From contig JAAILG010000138.1 in NCBI GenBank assembly GCA_012026655.1, positions 1 through 64,000 on the forward strand: a DNA stretch of 64,000 nt, given 5' to 3'. Positions 63,241 through 64,000 of this stretch are shown here, in pieces. The notes beneath the pieces are model-generated. The model searched no databases. It saw only the letters and a list, made by a program, of their open reading frames with translations, and was not told the origin of the DNA. A program made the translations under genes and the position numbers. Each line of letters opens with the position of its first letter. Positions within the stretch are counted from its first letter, which is position 1. Source of the DNA: Hydrolagus affinis (Eukaryota).

Positions 63241-64000
63241 GTCAATAATTGAGTCTGGGCTTAATCCCTGCTCTGTCACTCAATTTTGAGTAACTATTTT
63301 CTCTGCATGAGACAAGTCTCTTTGTAGGGAGTTGATTTAGATTGCGCCCAGAAGAATTGCAAGTTTCATAATTTTTTGTGTGTTAACTTCACACCCAACG
63401 TCAACCAATGGGCAATTAAAACTGCTCAGGCAAAGCAGGGGATTCATAAGATGGTGAAGTATATACCCATGATGTCCTGTGTTACTTGCATGGGGCCCAC
63501 CATGCTTTAGTAGGTGTCTATGTCTCCCAGGTATATATTCTTGCACACTTCATTTCTGTGAAGGCAATTCCGATAAAAGGTAAGGGAGTGCAGATCCACC
63601 TGCTGCAGACAATCTCAACCTAGTTGGTAAAAATCCCTTGCACTTGGTTCTGAACAGAATATAATTGGTCGTGTGCAAGCTGTGGTGATAATCATGCTGT
63701 ATATGGCTTTGACTTCAGTTCTCCCTGGAGATGCTAGAATTATGATTAAGAATGTTATACTACCATGTAGTGGATATAGATTTCCCTGTAATTAACTGTG
63801 GATCCTCAATAAACCTGCAGTAATAATGTTACAATCATTTATCCCCTGAAATGAAGGTCCTCTTTACTCATCAACTGTGTTCACTGAATGACGATGCTGT
63901 TGGTCACCCACACCCAGCACAAATAAGGACCAAACTGAACCAAATTGCAGATGGAAGAATTCAAACAAATTTTTAACAATATTTCCGATACCAGAGGGAT

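Overview
AT-rich vertebrate genomic DNA, most likely from a cartilaginous fish. The SINE, L2 and CR1 repertoire resembles a chimaera such as Callorhinchus, but this is an inference. The first ~23 kb holds the last four coding exons of PXYLP1/ACPL2 (2-phosphoxylose phosphatase 1, a histidine acid phosphatase) on the + strand: 8625-8786, 15483-15609, 20579-20718 and 21841-22772. All have GT-AG sites and consistent phases; I did not find the first coding exon, which is probably upstream. A 100-N assembly gap follows at 23574-23673. The remaining ~40 kb has no recognisable gene. It contains many tRNA-derived Deu-domain-like SINEs, L2/CR1/Penelope-like fragments and about ten repeat-free, homeodomain-motif-rich blocks that look like conserved non-coding enhancers. 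I found no convincing new protein-coding system. The best observations are: a full-length SINE abutting the terminal-exon splice acceptor; an inverted SINE pair sharing a 68-bp non-SINE segment; local duplications, one with pure CpG decay; CTCF-like motifs around the end of the gene; and the putative enhancer array.
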